From Candidatus Fervidifonticultor secundus (GTDB lineage: Bacteria; Sysuimicrobiota; Sysuimicrobiia; Sysuimicrobiales; Humicultoraceae): a DNA stretch of 64,000 bases. Position numbers and translations under genes: made by a program. This document shows, one piece after another, positions 47,424 through 57,655 of this stretch (the first letter of the stretch is position 1; each line of letters begins with the position of its first letter). The DNA lies in contig JAVKIP010000006.1 in the NCBI GenBank assembly GCA_031459385.1, positions 101,715 through 165,714 on the forward strand, written 5' to 3'. The notes beneath the pieces were generated by a model that was given only the letters and a program-made list of their open reading frames with translations, ran no database searches and was not told the DNA's origin.

Positions 47424-47906
47424 ATGAGAACCGATCCCGCCCTGCGCCGGTGGCTGCTCGGGCAGCTGCGCGGCGGCTACGCCCACGCGCCGTTCGAAAA
47501 AGCCGTCGCCGGGCTGCCGCCGAGGCTGCGCGGCGTCAGGCCCGAGGGGCTCCCCTACTCGCCGTGGATGCTCGTGGAGCACCTGCGCCTGGCCCAGTGG
47601 GACATCGTCGAATACTGCCTGAACCCCAGGCACGTCTCGCCGCCGTGGCCGGAGGGCTACTGGCCGAAGGATCCGGCGCCTCCCAGCGCGGGGGCCTGGG
47701 CCAGGAGCATCGCGGCCTTCCAGGCGGATCGCCGGCGCATGGAGCGCCTCGTCGCCAACCGGAAGATCGACCTGCTGGATCCCATCCCGCACGCCAGACG
47801 GCACACCTACATCCGCGAGGTGCTCATCCTGGTGGATCACAACGCCTATCACATCGGGCAGCTGATCGTGGTCCGGCGGGTGATGGGGGCCTGGAAGAAC
47901 GGGTGA
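47424..47906 (+). CDS. DinB superfamily protein
   Basis: SPWMLVEHLRLAQWDI, DHNAYHIGQ. Confidence 0.85.
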   Translation: MRTDPALRRWLLGQLRGGYAHAPFEKAVAGLPPRLRGVRPEGLPYSPWMLVEHLRLAQWDIVEYCLNPRHVSPPWPEGYWPKDPAPPSAGAWARSIAAFQADRRRMERLVANRKIDLLDPIPHARRHTYIREVLILVDHNAYHIGQLIVVRRVMGAWKNG

Positions 47907-47923
47907 GCCCCGCGGGGCGGGCG

Positions 47924-48842
47924 TCAGGAGCGTTGCGCGCTGATCTGCGCCCAGAGCGCGAGGGTCTCGGACGAGGCCGCCACGCCCAACTCGGCGAGCG
48001 CGCCGCGGCAGCGTTCCCGTGCGCGGTCCGCGTCGGCGGGCCGCCCGAGCGCGAGGTAGCAGCGGACCAGCCTGCGACAGGCGTGCTCGGCGTGGGGCTC
48101 GCCCTCGGCGAGCGCCTGCCAGCGCGACAGTGCCAGCTCCCAGCGTCCGGCCGCCTCGTCCATCTCGGCCAGGGCAGCCAGCGCGTCGGCGTATCGGTGC
48201 TGGAGCCGCGCGCGGGGTGCGGCCAGCCACTCTCGTACGCGCTGTCGGCCATGAGCTCGCCGCCGTACAGGGTGACGGCCTCGTCCAGGGCGGCGTACCG
48301 GGCTGCGGGATCGACGGCGCCGGCCAGAGCGCCTCGACGATCCCCTCGCGGTGGACCGGGCGTCCTGGACAGCCAGGAACTGCAGCAGCCGCCGGGTCGC
48401 GCTGCGCGGCCACGCGTCCGAAGACAGCGGCTCGCCGCGTCCCCTGCGACGCGGGCGGCGATCCGCGCGCCTCTTCGGGCCGGGTGTGCAGCAGCACGCG
48501 GCTGAGCTCCGTCTCGATGGCGAGCCGCTCGCGGCGGTACCGGGCCAGGTCCAGTGCCTGCCGCAACAACTGCGCAGCGGCCTCGTACTCGGCGCGCCGG
48601 GCGGCTGCCTGCGCGCGGGTCACGAGCAGGTCCGTCTGAAGGACCCGACAGGGAACCACCGCGGCCAGGGCTTCGGCCTCCGCCAGGTGCCGGTCGGCCC
48701 GGTCGGTCTCGCCCAGCGCCCGGTACGCCACCGCGGCGTCGGCCTGGAAGTGCCCCTCCAGGTGGGCCCAGCCCCGGCGCCTGCACACGGCGATGACCTG
48801 CTCCAGCAGCAGGCGCCCCTCGGCGATGCGCCCGGTCTCCAC
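47924..48842 (-). pseudogene. Degenerate TPR / winged-helix / BTAD transcriptional activator
   Basis: Pieces in different frames: TPR-like helices, RPVHREGIVEALWP, AVTLYGGELMAD..YE, EPHAEHACRRLVRCYLALG. Confidence 0.7.
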
Positions 48843-48927
48843 CTCAGCACGCCGAGCTCTCGTGCGGTCTCGAGCGATCCCTGGGCGACGAGTTCGGGGC
48901 CGGCCGCCGCCACCGGCCGGAGGCTCC

Positions 48928-49767
48928 CTAGAGCAATCCTTCTGCTGTCGCCAGCCCCACGATCAGACACCCCCAGAACAGCTTGAACGCCCTCACATAG
49001 TCGGCGTCGGTCACCGCGATGGTGCGGGGGCCGCGTCGCTGCACGCCAGGGAAGAGGGTTGCCATGTGGGCCGGCGCGGTTCGCTTGAAGTCTACCTCGA
49101 AGACGACCGGCGCGGGCACCCGGTACGGCGTGACCGTCCCTGCCCGCACCGCGCCCAGCGCCTGCCCGGCGCGCTGGCGGATCAGGGCGTGGGCGCGGGC
49201 GGGGGTCAGGCTCAGCCCCACGACGCGGTCGATGGCCTCCTTGACGGGCGCGGTCACCACGCCGGGCAGGCGGCGCTCGGCCTCGGCGCAGACCGCCGCG
49301 TCACCGGTGACGAGCGCCACCGGCACGCCGAACGCGCCGGCCAGCCCGGCGTTGATCGCCGCCTCGTCCACCGGTTCGCCGTTCAGGCGCACCTCGTAGA
49401 CGAGGCGGCCCAGCAGCGTGTGGTTCAGGATGCCGTCGCCGCCGCCCTCGCGCTGGTGGTAGCCGATGAAGAAGGCGGCGTCCCAGCCGCGGTCGATGCC
49501 TTCCAGTTGCCCCAGCAGCTTGTTGCTGCCCGAGAGGAGCCGTGCCGCTTCGTGCAGCTCCTCCACCAGCAGGTTGGTCATCGGCCCGTGCCCGTCGCTG
49601 ACGACGACCTCGGTCGCACCGGCGCCGAGGGCGCCTTCGATGGCCGCGTTGGCCTCCTGGGTCATGAGCCGGCGGAACCGGTCGTACTCCTTCTCGCCGG
49701 GCGTCACGTGCTTGCTGACCGCGACGCCGGTGATCCCTTCCATGTCGACTGAGACGTAAACGCGCAC
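48928..49767 (-). CDS. dppA: D-aminopeptidase, M55 family
   Basis: YVSVDMEGITG, DGHG, FIGYH, LNHT, LVTGD. Confidence 0.92.
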   Translation of the reverse strand: MRVYVSVDMEGITGVAVSKHVTPGEKEYDRFRRLMTQEANAAIEGALGAGATEVVVSDGHGPMTNLLVEELHEAARLLSGSNKLLGQLEGIDRGWDAAFFIGYHQREGGGDGILNHTLLGRLVYEVRLNGEPVDEAAINAGLAGAFGVPVALVTGDAAVCAEAERRLPGVVTAPVKEAIDRVVGLSLTPARAHALIRQRAGQALGAVRAGTVTPYRVPAPVVFEVDFKRTAPAHMATLFPGVQRRGPRTIAVTDADYVRAFKLFWGCLIVGLATAEGLL

Positions 49768-49989
49768 CGGTCACCTCCCTGAAACGCCACGCGCCCGCGG
49801 CCGGACACCGTCTTCCAACACTGCGACACGGAGGCCCGGCAGCCCTTCAGCTCCGGGCGAGGCGGACCAATGCGCAGGGCCGTGCCGCCGCTCCGACGCC
49901 GCGCCCGCGCCACGGTCGGCGGGAATGCCCGCACCGGGTCTTTGGGTTCTCCAGAGAAGAACGTCCCGCCATCACATGGGGAGGGTGCC

Positions 49990-50319
49990 ATGGCGTACTA
50001 CCTGGTGCGCGCGCGCCCCAGGGGAGAGCGTCTGACCGAACTGCGCGCGCGGCTCGACCGCCACGAGTTCCAGGCGATGCGCCCGTTCGGCGGCTCGCTG
50101 ACCCGGGCGCTGGAGGGCGCACGGCGCGACCCCCGGACGGGCGAGGCCGTGTGGGAGGAGGAGGACTACTGCTCCCCGCCGCTGGCGATGGAACGCGCGG
50201 CGGTGCTGGACGACTACTTCGAGGAACTTCGCGTCGAGCGCGTGCGCGAGGGCGAAGGCTGGCAGCGGCTGGAGGCGCTGCCCTCGCTGTGGGAGGCGCC
50301 GGCGGGGCGGCGCGGGTAG
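49990..50319 (+). CDS. Conserved hypothetical protein
   Basis: GGAGAGG RBS; MAYYLVRARP...WEEEDYCSPPLAMERAAVLD; typical codon bias. Confidence 0.7.
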   Translation: MAYYLVRARPRGERLTELRARLDRHEFQAMRPFGGSLTRALEGARRDPRTGEAVWEEEDYCSPPLAMERAAVLDDYFEELRVERVREGEGWQRLEALPSLWEAPAGRRG

Positions 50320-50392
50320 CGGGTAGCGCGGCCTGGGGCGGGCAGCCCCTGATCCCGGGCGCTCGGTGCAGGGGCCGGGGCTGCTGGCTGCG

Positions 50393-51016
50393 TCACTCCG
50401 GAAAGCGCATCTCCCCCGCTCGGATCGCTACCGGCACGTGGTTCTCCGGCGGCGCCAGCGGGCAGTCCCACCGCGGATTGTAGGCACACGAGGGGTTGTA
50501 CGCGTAGTTGAAGTCCAGCACGAGCCGGTCGCCTTCTGTGCCCAGGTCGGCGCCCTTGATCGTGTCCAGCAGGTACCGGCCCCCTTCGTAGGTCTCCGCT
50601 GCGCTGGTGCGGTCGCGAAACGGCAGGAACAGCCCGCCGCCGTATCCCTCGAGCCAGAACAGGGTGAGCGCCACCGCGACGCCGCCGGCGGCGAAGCGCA
50701 CGCGGCCCGCCCGGCGCAGCCGCACCAGGCCGTCGTCGCGCAGGGGCACCTCGAGCGCGCCCGCGTCCTGGGGCGGGAGGGCTTCCACCGGCACGACGAA
50801 GCGAAACGCGGGGTCGTACGGAAAGTACCGCAGGCCGGTGAAGCGGGCCTTCTGGGCGTCTGAGAGCGCCGACTGCGCGTGGGTGCGAAACAGCTCGTCG
50901 CGGGCCAGGCGGAACGCCTGACAGCGCGCCGGGTGGGACAGGGTGCTGCTGCGCACGGCCGCGTAGAGATCCTGGACCCGGCGCCGGTAGTCCGCGAGCT
51001 CGAGCAGGTCGTTCAT
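50393..51016 (-). CDS. DUF1684 family protein
   Basis: FLPFRDRTS..ETYEGGRYL, LDFNYAYNPSCAY...CPL. Confidence 0.9.
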   Translation of the reverse strand: MNDLLELADYRRRVQDLYAAVRSSTLSHPARCQAFRLARDELFRTHAQSALSDAQKARFTGLRYFPYDPAFRFVVPVEALPPQDAGALEVPLRDDGLVRLRRAGRVRFAAGGVAVALTLFWLEGYGGGLFLPFRDRTSAAETYEGGRYLLDTIKGADLGTEGDRLVLDFNYAYNPSCAYNPRWDCPLAPPENHVPVAIRAGEMRFPE

Positions 51017-51489
51017 GAGCCCCTCGGCCGGCCGGTCAACGCCTCGACCCGTGCGGCGGTGGCCCGCACCAGGTCCCGGGGATCCATCCAGAGCTGCAGG
51101 CCCCGGACGCCGGCGCTCACGCTGATGCGGGCATGGCGCAGTGCCGAACTGTCGACGAACACCTGGTGGGCACGCCGCTGCCCGAGCGGCGAGACGGCAC
51201 CCTTGATGTAGCCGACCAGCCGCATGAGCTCCCCGGCGTCGACCAGCGTGGCGCGCTTGGCGCCCAGGAGCCTGGCGAGGGCCCGGAGATCGAGGTCGGC
51301 ATCACCGGGCACGCACGCGATCACGATCGGCCCGTTATCGGCGCGGACCACGAGGGTCTTGAGTACCTGGCCAGGCGCCAGCCCCAGACGTGCTGCGGCT
51401 TCGGCGGCGGTGTAGTCCTCGGCGTCGAACTCGAGCAGGTCGTAGTGGATCCCGAGCCCATCCAGTATCCGCGTCGCCCGCGTGCGCAT
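51013..51489 (-). CDS. ybaK: YbaK/EbsC aminoacyl-tRNA deacylase
   Basis: QVLKTLV, GYIKGAVSPLG, VSAGVRG. Confidence 0.88.
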   Translation of the reverse strand: MRTRATRILDGLGIHYDLLEFDAEDYTAAEAAARLGLAPGQVLKTLVVRADNGPIVIACVPGDADLDLRALARLLGAKRATLVDAGELMRLVGYIKGAVSPLGQRRAHQVFVDSSALRHARISVSAGVRGLQLWMDPRDLVRATAARVEALTGRPRGS

Positions 51490-51746
51490 GGCCGTAGGAG
51501 TGTGTTCCCCGCCGACGCCGGGGCGCCTGCAGGGTGCAGACCGGGTTTCTCCGTGGGCCCGGGCTCGGGCTGCCCGGATCTCCCGATGGCCGGTGGTCTC
51601 CTGGTGGCACGAGAGCCCACGCGCCCCCACGCGGACACCGCGGCCGGCGCCTCAAGCGCAGGACGCGAGTGTAGGAGACGCGTACGTGCCCGCAGAAGCC
51701 GTCGAGCGATGCCATGTGGCGCGCGGCCCGTCGCCTGCGGGATCCG

Positions 51747-53753
51747 GTGAGCACGGCTCCGCCGCAGGTCGTCCTCCATCCCGGTCTGCGGCCGGTCCTC
51801 GCCGAGGTCGGCGAGGTGTCGTCCGGTCCGATCACACCGGCCCGTTTTCAGCGGGAGGCTCTGGCGGCGGTGGCGCACGAGGACGTGCTGGTCGTGGCGC
51901 CGACCGGTAGCGGCAAGACCTGGATCGCCGAGGAGGCGATGGCTGCCCTGCTGGCCCAAGGCCAGACGGCGTGGTACACCACGCCGCTGAAGGCCCTCTC
52001 CAACCAGAAGTTCCGGCAGTTCCAGCGCCGCTTCGGCGAAGAAGCCGTCGGCCTGCTCACCGGCGAGCGGCGGATCAACGCCCGGGCACCACTGATCGTG
52101 GGCACCACCGAGATCCTGCGCAACATCCTCTACGACGGCGCCGGCATCGGTCTGATCGTGCTCGACGAGGCCCACTACCTGGGCGAGGAGGAGCGGGGAA
52201 CGGCCTGGGAGGAGATTTTGCTGCTGGCCGCGCCGACCACGCGACTGCTGCTGCTGTCGGCGTCGATCCCCAACGCTGAGGAACTGGCAGGGTGGCTCGA
52301 ACGCGTCCGCGGGCGGCGCCCGCGCGTCGTCCGCGAGGACGAGCGGCCGGTGCCCCTGCGCCTCCTGCTGGTCGACGCCACCGGGCGCCTGCTGCCACCG
52401 GCGCTGGCCGGGCGCACGCGTACCGCCCAGCGCCGGCCCGGCTGGCTGCGCGACCTGCTGCGCCAGCTCGAGGCCGCGAATCTGCTGCCGGCGATCCTGT
52501 TCTTCCCGTCGCGCCGCCAGTGCGACGAAGCCGCGCGCGAACTGGCGCTGCTGCGGCTGCCGGGCGCCGAGGACCGCGCGCGGGCCCTGGCCCGGTGGGA
52601 AGCGGAGTACCCCACGCTGCTTGGCCATCGCTTTCGGCACACGCTGATCCAGAGCGGCGTCGCGCCCCACCACGCCGGGCACCTGATGGGCTGGCGCCTG
52701 GCGGTGGAAGACCTGCTGGCGCGGGGGCTCGTGCGGGCCGTGGCGGCTACCACCACGCTCGCCAGCGGGCTCGACGTGCCGGCGCGCACCGTCGTGCTCT
52801 CGACGCTGGTGCGCAACAGCCCGCAGGGCCCGGTACCGCTGTCGGTCACCGAGTTCCAGCAGATGACCGGCCGTGCCGGCCGCCGCGGCCGCGACCGCGT
52901 CGGAGTGGTGGTGATTCCTGCGTCGAGCCGTCAGGAGGCCGAGCTTGGCCTCAGCCTGGCTGACGCCGACCCCGAGCCCGTCACCTCGGCGTTCACGCCG
53001 TCGTACACGCAGGTCCTGAACCTGCTGGCCCGGCGCGACTTGCAGGCGGCGCTCGGGGAGGTGCAGCGGTCGCTGGCGGCCTACCAGGGCCTGCTGGGCC
53101 GGCCGCCACGCCTGCCGCGCCGGCTGCCCGGCGGACGCGTCGCGCAGGCAGTGGCCGGGGCCCGCGACGGTGTCACGGCCGTCTTCTTGCTGCGCGCGGC
53201 CGTGCTGCAGCACCTGGGCTACCTCGACGCCGACGCGCGGCCGACGGCCGACGGCCGGTGGGCCATGCGCCTGCGGCACCCGCGCCTGCTGATCCTGGCC
53301 GAGCTGGTCCGCCGGCGCCACCTCCCCGACACCGCCCCCCGCCTGGCAGCCGTGGCCGCGGCGCTGGCCACCGAGCGGGCTCCGCGGGCGGGCGGCACCG
53401 GCGTGCGGCTGGCCGGCCTCGCGCAGATCGTGCACGACGTAGACCGCCTGGAACGCGAGATGCACCTGCCGGCCGACCCGATCGTCGACGAGTTCCGCGT
53501 CGAGTGGGATCGCCAGCGGCGCCGGCCGGTGCCCTCGCCCGCCGAGCGCCGGGCCCACGCGGTCGAGGCGTGGGCGAAGGGCGCCGAGTGGTTCCGCCTG
53601 GTGGCCGACGCCGACGTCGAAGAAGGCGACCTGCAACGCATCATCCTGCAGGCCGCAGAGGTGCTGATGCAACTGGAGGGGTTACCCCTGCCCGCCCTGC
53701 GGGCCCTGGCGCGCCGGGCGCGCGAGGCGCTGCTGCGGACGCCGATCGTGTGA
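51747..53753 (+). CDS. Ski2/HelY-like DEAH-box RNA helicase
   Basis: APTGSGKT, PLKALSNQK, DEAH, HHAG, QMTGRAGRRGRD, EEGDL. Confidence 0.9.
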   Translation: MSTAPPQVVLHPGLRPVLAEVGEVSSGPITPARFQREALAAVAHEDVLVVAPTGSGKTWIAEEAMAALLAQGQTAWYTTPLKALSNQKFRQFQRRFGEEAVGLLTGERRINARAPLIVGTTEILRNILYDGAGIGLIVLDEAHYLGEEERGTAWEEILLLAAPTTRLLLLSASIPNAEELAGWLERVRGRRPRVVREDERPVPLRLLLVDATGRLLPPALAGRTRTAQRRPGWLRDLLRQLEAANLLPAILFFPSRRQCDEAARELALLRLPGAEDRARALARWEAEYPTLLGHRFRHTLIQSGVAPHHAGHLMGWRLAVEDLLARGLVRAVAATTTLASGLDVPARTVVLSTLVRNSPQGPVPLSVTEFQQMTGRAGRRGRDRVGVVVIPASSRQEAELGLSLADADPEPVTSAFTPSYTQVLNLLARRDLQAALGEVQRSLAAYQGLLGRPPRLPRRLPGGRVAQAVAGARDGVTAVFLLRAAVLQHLGYLDADARPTADGRWAMRLRHPRLLILAELVRRRHLPDTAPRLAAVAAALATERAPRAGGTGVRLAGLAQIVHDVDRLEREMHLPADPIVDEFRVEWDRQRRRPVPSPAERRAHAVEAWAKGAEWFRLVADADVEEGDLQRIILQAAEVLMQLEGLPLPALRALARRAREALLRTPIV

Positions 53754-53776
53754 GCGGCGCAACGTGCAGCCCTGCG

Positions 53777-54691
53777 TCACTCGCCCGACGCCAGCCGCCC
53801 CAGCGCCCCCAGGGCCTCGCGCACGGCCGCCACCTCCTCCGGTGACGGCCGCCGCATCGGCAGCCGCGGCGGACCCACGTCGATCCCCGTGGCCAGGCGG
53901 ATCGCCTCGCGCAGCACCGGTATCGGATTGGTCCGGTGGCGCGTCAGCGTTCGGTGGAACGGCAGCAGCCGCAGGTGACCGGCGGTGGCCGCCGCCACCT
54001 GGCCCGCCAGGAACCGCTGGATCATGGCCCTGATGAGGTCGCCGACCACGTGCGCCCCGCCGCTCACGGCCCCGGCGCCACCCTGGGCCAGCACCTGGAG
54101 GATCATGGCGTCGTCGCCGCAGTAGACGTGCAGGCGGGGCGCCGCCCGCAGGTACTCGGACGCCTGGACGGGATGGGCACTGGCCTGGTCCTTGACGGCC
54201 ACGATGTTGGGGAACGCCGCCAGCCGCTCCAGGGTCTCGGGCGCCAAGTTGACACCGGTGAACAACGGGATGTTGTAGAGCATCACCGGGAGCGTCGTGG
54301 CGCGGGCCACGGCCGCGAAGTAGTGGAAGAGCTCGTCCTGGGTCGGCCGGCTGTAGTACGGCGTGATCACGGTGACCGCGTCGTACCCGAGCCGCTCGGC
54401 TTCCTGCGTGAGGACCACGGCGTCGCGGGTCGCCGCCGCGCCTGTCCCCGCCACCAGCGGCACGCGGTCGCCTGCCAGGGCCTTCACCCGCGCCAGCAGC
54501 CGCGCCCGCTCGTCGAGCGTCAGCACGTGAAACTCGCCCGTCGTGCCCCCCACGAAGAGGCTGTCCGCCATGCGCCGCTCGATCAGGTAGCCGACCAGGC
54601 GCTCGAGGGCGGCCTCGTCGATGCCACCGTCGGCGTCGAAGGGCGTGACGTGGGGCACGATCACCCGGCCCAGCCGCTCGACGATGCTCAT
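53777..54691 (-). CDS. DapA/N-acetylneuraminate-lyase family class I aldolase
   Basis: VTPF, GTTGE, TPYY, YNIP..TG, AVKD Schiff-base Lys. Confidence 0.88.
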   Translation of the reverse strand: MSIVERLGRVIVPHVTPFDADGGIDEAALERLVGYLIERRMADSLFVGGTTGEFHVLTLDERARLLARVKALAGDRVPLVAGTGAAATRDAVVLTQEAERLGYDAVTVITPYYSRPTQDELFHYFAAVARATTLPVMLYNIPLFTGVNLAPETLERLAAFPNIVAVKDQASAHPVQASEYLRAAPRLHVYCGDDAMILQVLAQGGAGAVSGGAHVVGDLIRAMIQRFLAGQVAAATAGHLRLLPFHRTLTRHRTNPIPVLREAIRLATGIDVGPPRLPMRRPSPEEVAAVREALGALGRLASGE

Positions 54692-54747
54692 CTTCTCCTC
54701 CGATGCGGGCACCGGTCCCCGGCTGGCACGAGTGCGCAGCCGCGTGC

Positions 54748-55725
54748 TCAGGGTTCCAGGACCACGTGCCGGATCTCCCGTCGCAGCGCCGTGTACGCGA
54801 CGTGCACCCGGCCGGCGCCGTCGACCACGACCGCAGGGTACGAGTACTCCCCCGGGCCCTCCTCCAGCACCAGCAGCGGCGTCCACGTGGCCCCGCCGTT
54901 GACGCTCTCCGCCAGGCAAAGGGGGGAGCGCAGCTCCCATTGCATCGGATCCCGCCCGCGGTCGGTGTGGTTGTACGCGAGCCACAGGCGGCCGTCGGGC
55001 AGGCGCGCCATGTCGATGCCGGCGTTGGGGTTGGGCAGTTCGGTGGGGTGTGGCGCTGACCAGGTGTAGCCGCCATCAGCGCTCTCCGTCGCCCAGATGC
55101 GGCCGGCCCTGGTGCGCATGAGCATCAGCAGCCGGCCCGGCCTCCCCAGCACCAGCGTGCCCTGGATCATGGCCACTCCGGTGCCGGCGCCGATCGCCAG
55201 GTCGTCGAACACCCAGGCGGTGCCATGCCGCGCGACGTCGAGGCGCGCGAGCCCTACCTGCCAGCGTACCTCGTCGTACACCGGCAAGAGCAGCGTGGTC
55301 CCAAGCCGCAGGGGTTTGTTCTTGGTCAGGACGCCCGCGCGGTCGAGCAGCAGCATCTCGTCCGACCAGGTCTGCCCGCCGTCAAAAGAGACGCGCGCGC
55401 ACGGCTTGCCCCCGGTGCACCACGCGCCCCAGACGCGGAAGTAGGCCAGCCAGAGCACACCGGGTGCTCCGGCGAACAGCACCGGGTTCCCGCACGGGCG
55501 CCCATCGGCCGGAGCGACCAGCGCTGGCGGCGACCATGCGGACGCCCCGGCCTCCAGCCGCGCCACGTAGATGCCGGAGTCGGGCAGCCCTTCAGCCGTG
55601 CCGCCGAACCAGGCGCCCAGCAGGCTGCCATCGGGCACGGGCAGCAGCGTGGCCCCGTGGCAGAACGCCGTGGGGAGCGGATTGGTCATCGCCTGACGCC
55701 CCACGACCCGCGGCGCTGTGGTCAT
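54748..55725 (-). CDS. BNR/Asp-box sialidase-fold protein, no obvious signal peptide
   Basis: Asp boxes SFDGGQTW, SADGGYTW, SVNGGATW; MRTR, RSPL, EYSYP. Confidence 0.85.
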   Translation of the reverse strand: MTTAPRVVGRQAMTNPLPTAFCHGATLLPVPDGSLLGAWFGGTAEGLPDSGIYVARLEAGASAWSPPALVAPADGRPCGNPVLFAGAPGVLWLAYFRVWGAWCTGGKPCARVSFDGGQTWSDEMLLLDRAGVLTKNKPLRLGTTLLLPVYDEVRWQVGLARLDVARHGTAWVFDDLAIGAGTGVAMIQGTLVLGRPGRLLMLMRTRAGRIWATESADGGYTWSAPHPTELPNPNAGIDMARLPDGRLWLAYNHTDRGRDPMQWELRSPLCLAESVNGGATWTPLLVLEEGPGEYSYPAVVVDGAGRVHVAYTALRREIRHVVLEP

Positions 55726-55809
55726 GGCCCCCCGCACCTCCGCCCGCAGGGGCGGGGCCCCGCCGCCCTGACGGGCCCTTCCGGCCGAGACATCGCCACG
55801 TGGGCCGCC

Positions 55810-56631
55810 CTACCGGTGCGCGGTCATGGTGATGCCGCGGATGATGGCCTGCTGGAGGGTCAGGAACAGCACCAGGGCCGGCAGCGCCGCCAGGGCCGCG
55901 CCGGCCATGAGGATGCCGTAGTCGATGTCGTACGCGCCCTGCAGGGCCCGCAGGCCGATGGGCAGCGTGAACATCTGGGGCGACGACAGGGCGATCATCG
56001 ACCAGAAGAACTCGTTCCAGGCAAAGGTGAACATGTAGATCACCAGGGCCGCCAGCGCCGGCTTCGCCAGGGGCACGATGATGCTGAGCAGGATCCGGAC
56101 GTTGCCGGCGCCGTCCACCCGCGCGGCGTCGTCCAGCTCGGTGGGAATGTTGAGAAAGAACTGGCGCAGCAGGAAGATGCCGAGGGGCATACCAACCATG
56201 GGCAGGAAGACGGCCGGATAGGTGTTTAGCAGGTGCAGGCGGTTCATGAGGAAGTAGAGCGGGATGACGTTCACTTCCAGCGGGATGAGCATCGACGAGA
56301 GGAAGATCAGGAAGAGGACGTCGCGTCCCCGCCACTGCAGCCGCGAGAAAGCGAACGCCGCTGGCACCGAGACCAGGGTCGAGAGGACCGTGGTGGCCGT
56401 GGCCACCACCAGGCTGTTGACCATCCACCGGGTGAAGGGCCATCGGGTCAGCACCACGTGCACGTGGTGCAGCGTGGGCTCCCGCGGGATCCACCGGGGC
56501 GGCAGGGCGAAGATCTCGGGAGCCGGTTTCAGGCCCGTGGCGAACATCCAGGCGATGGGACTCAGCCACAGGACCAGCAACCCCGCCATCACGACCAGCA
56601 CTGCCCCGGCCAGCAGGCGCCCGGCCCTCAC
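55810..56631 (-). CDS. Carbohydrate ABC permease (MalG type)
   Basis: IPTELDDAARVDGA, WNEFFW. Confidence 0.92.
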   Translation of the reverse strand: MRAGRLLAGAVLVVMAGLLVLWLSPIAWMFATGLKPAPEIFALPPRWIPREPTLHHVHVVLTRWPFTRWMVNSLVVATATTVLSTLVSVPAAFAFSRLQWRGRDVLFLIFLSSMLIPLEVNVIPLYFLMNRLHLLNTYPAVFLPMVGMPLGIFLLRQFFLNIPTELDDAARVDGAGNVRILLSIIVPLAKPALAALVIYMFTFAWNEFFWSMIALSSPQMFTLPIGLRALQGAYDIDYGILMAGAALAALPALVLFLTLQQAIIRGITMTAHR

Positions 56632-57650
56632 AGCGCCGTCCCGAACCCCAGCCAGCGGAAGGCGACCAGGGTGAGTCCCAGGATGATCACGAACAGCACC
56701 ACGCCCACCGCCGCGGCCTGCCCCATCTCGAGATACTCGAACCCGAAGCGGTAGAGGTACAGCGCCAGCACCTCCGAGGCGCGCCCGGGCCCCCCGGCGG
56801 TCATGATGAGCACCTGCCCGAAGACGATGAACCCCGAGATCGTGGTGAGCACCAGCGCGAAAAGCACCGCTGGCTTCAGCAGGGGCAGCATGATCGCCAC
56901 GAAGATGCGCGCGCCGGAGGCGCCGTCAATACGCGCGGCCTCGTAGAGCTCGTCCGGGATATCCTCCAGCGCGGCCCGGAACAGGACCATGCGGTAGCCC
57001 GCCAGCCACCACGTGGTGGCCAGGGCGATGGCCGGCAGGACCCACCGCGGCTCGTTGAGGAAGACCGGCGGGCCGACTCCCCACCCCCGCAGCACCAGCA
57101 GCACGATACCGAAGTCGGGGTCCAGCAGCCACCGCCAGACCAGCCCCACCACCGAGACTGTCAGCAGGTAGGGGAAGAAGAACCCGGCTTCCATCCAGCG
57201 CACCGCCGGCGTCCCGCGGTAGGTGAAGAGGAACACGGCCAGCAACAGCCCGGTGCCCACGACCAGGGGAATGGCCAGGGCTGCGAACTCGAGGGTGTTG
57301 CCCAGCGCGTTCCAAAAGCGGGGATCCCTGGCCAGCGCCAGGTAGTTGCGCGCGCCGGCAAACCGGGCGTCTCCCAGCGGGTCCCACCGGTACAGGCTGA
57401 TGACCACGCCGTAGAGCACCGGGCCCAGGCGGAAGAGGATCCAGAACGCGGCGAAAGGCAACAGGAACATGACGATCTCGCCGGCCTGCAGCCACCGCCC
57501 GCGCCGGGTGCGCCGGCGCAGCGGCCCCGCCTCCACCGGCGCCGCAACCGCCCGCGAGACCGCGGCGGGCAGGCCGACCGTCCGGGCTCCCGCCTGGGAG
57601 ACAGGAGGGGCGCCCGGGGGTCCGGGGCCCCTCCGCCACAGCTGCGGCAT
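56628..57650 (-). CDS. Carbohydrate ABC permease (MalF type; start uncertain)
   Basis: IPDELYEAARIDGAS, MTAGGP. Confidence 0.9.
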   Translation of the reverse strand: MPQLWRRGPGPPGAPPVSQAGARTVGLPAAVSRAVAAPVEAGPLRRRTRRGRWLQAGEIVMFLLPFAAFWILFRLGPVLYGVVISLYRWDPLGDARFAGARNYLALARDPRFWNALGNTLEFAALAIPLVVGTGLLLAVFLFTYRGTPAVRWMEAGFFFPYLLTVSVVGLVWRWLLDPDFGIVLLVLRGWGVGPPVFLNEPRWVLPAIALATTWWLAGYRMVLFRAALEDIPDELYEAARIDGASGARIFVAIMLPLLKPAVLFALVLTTISGFIVFGQVLIMTAGGPGRASEVLALYLYRFGFEYLEMGQAAAVGVVLFVIILGLTLVAFRWLGFGTAL

Positions 57651-57655
57651 GTCCG

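Noticed and set aside
53777..54691. Lysine-biosynthetic dapA
   Set aside because: It sits in a sugar catabolic operon with no dapB/asd and has an atypical KDQA motif; left as a family-level call.
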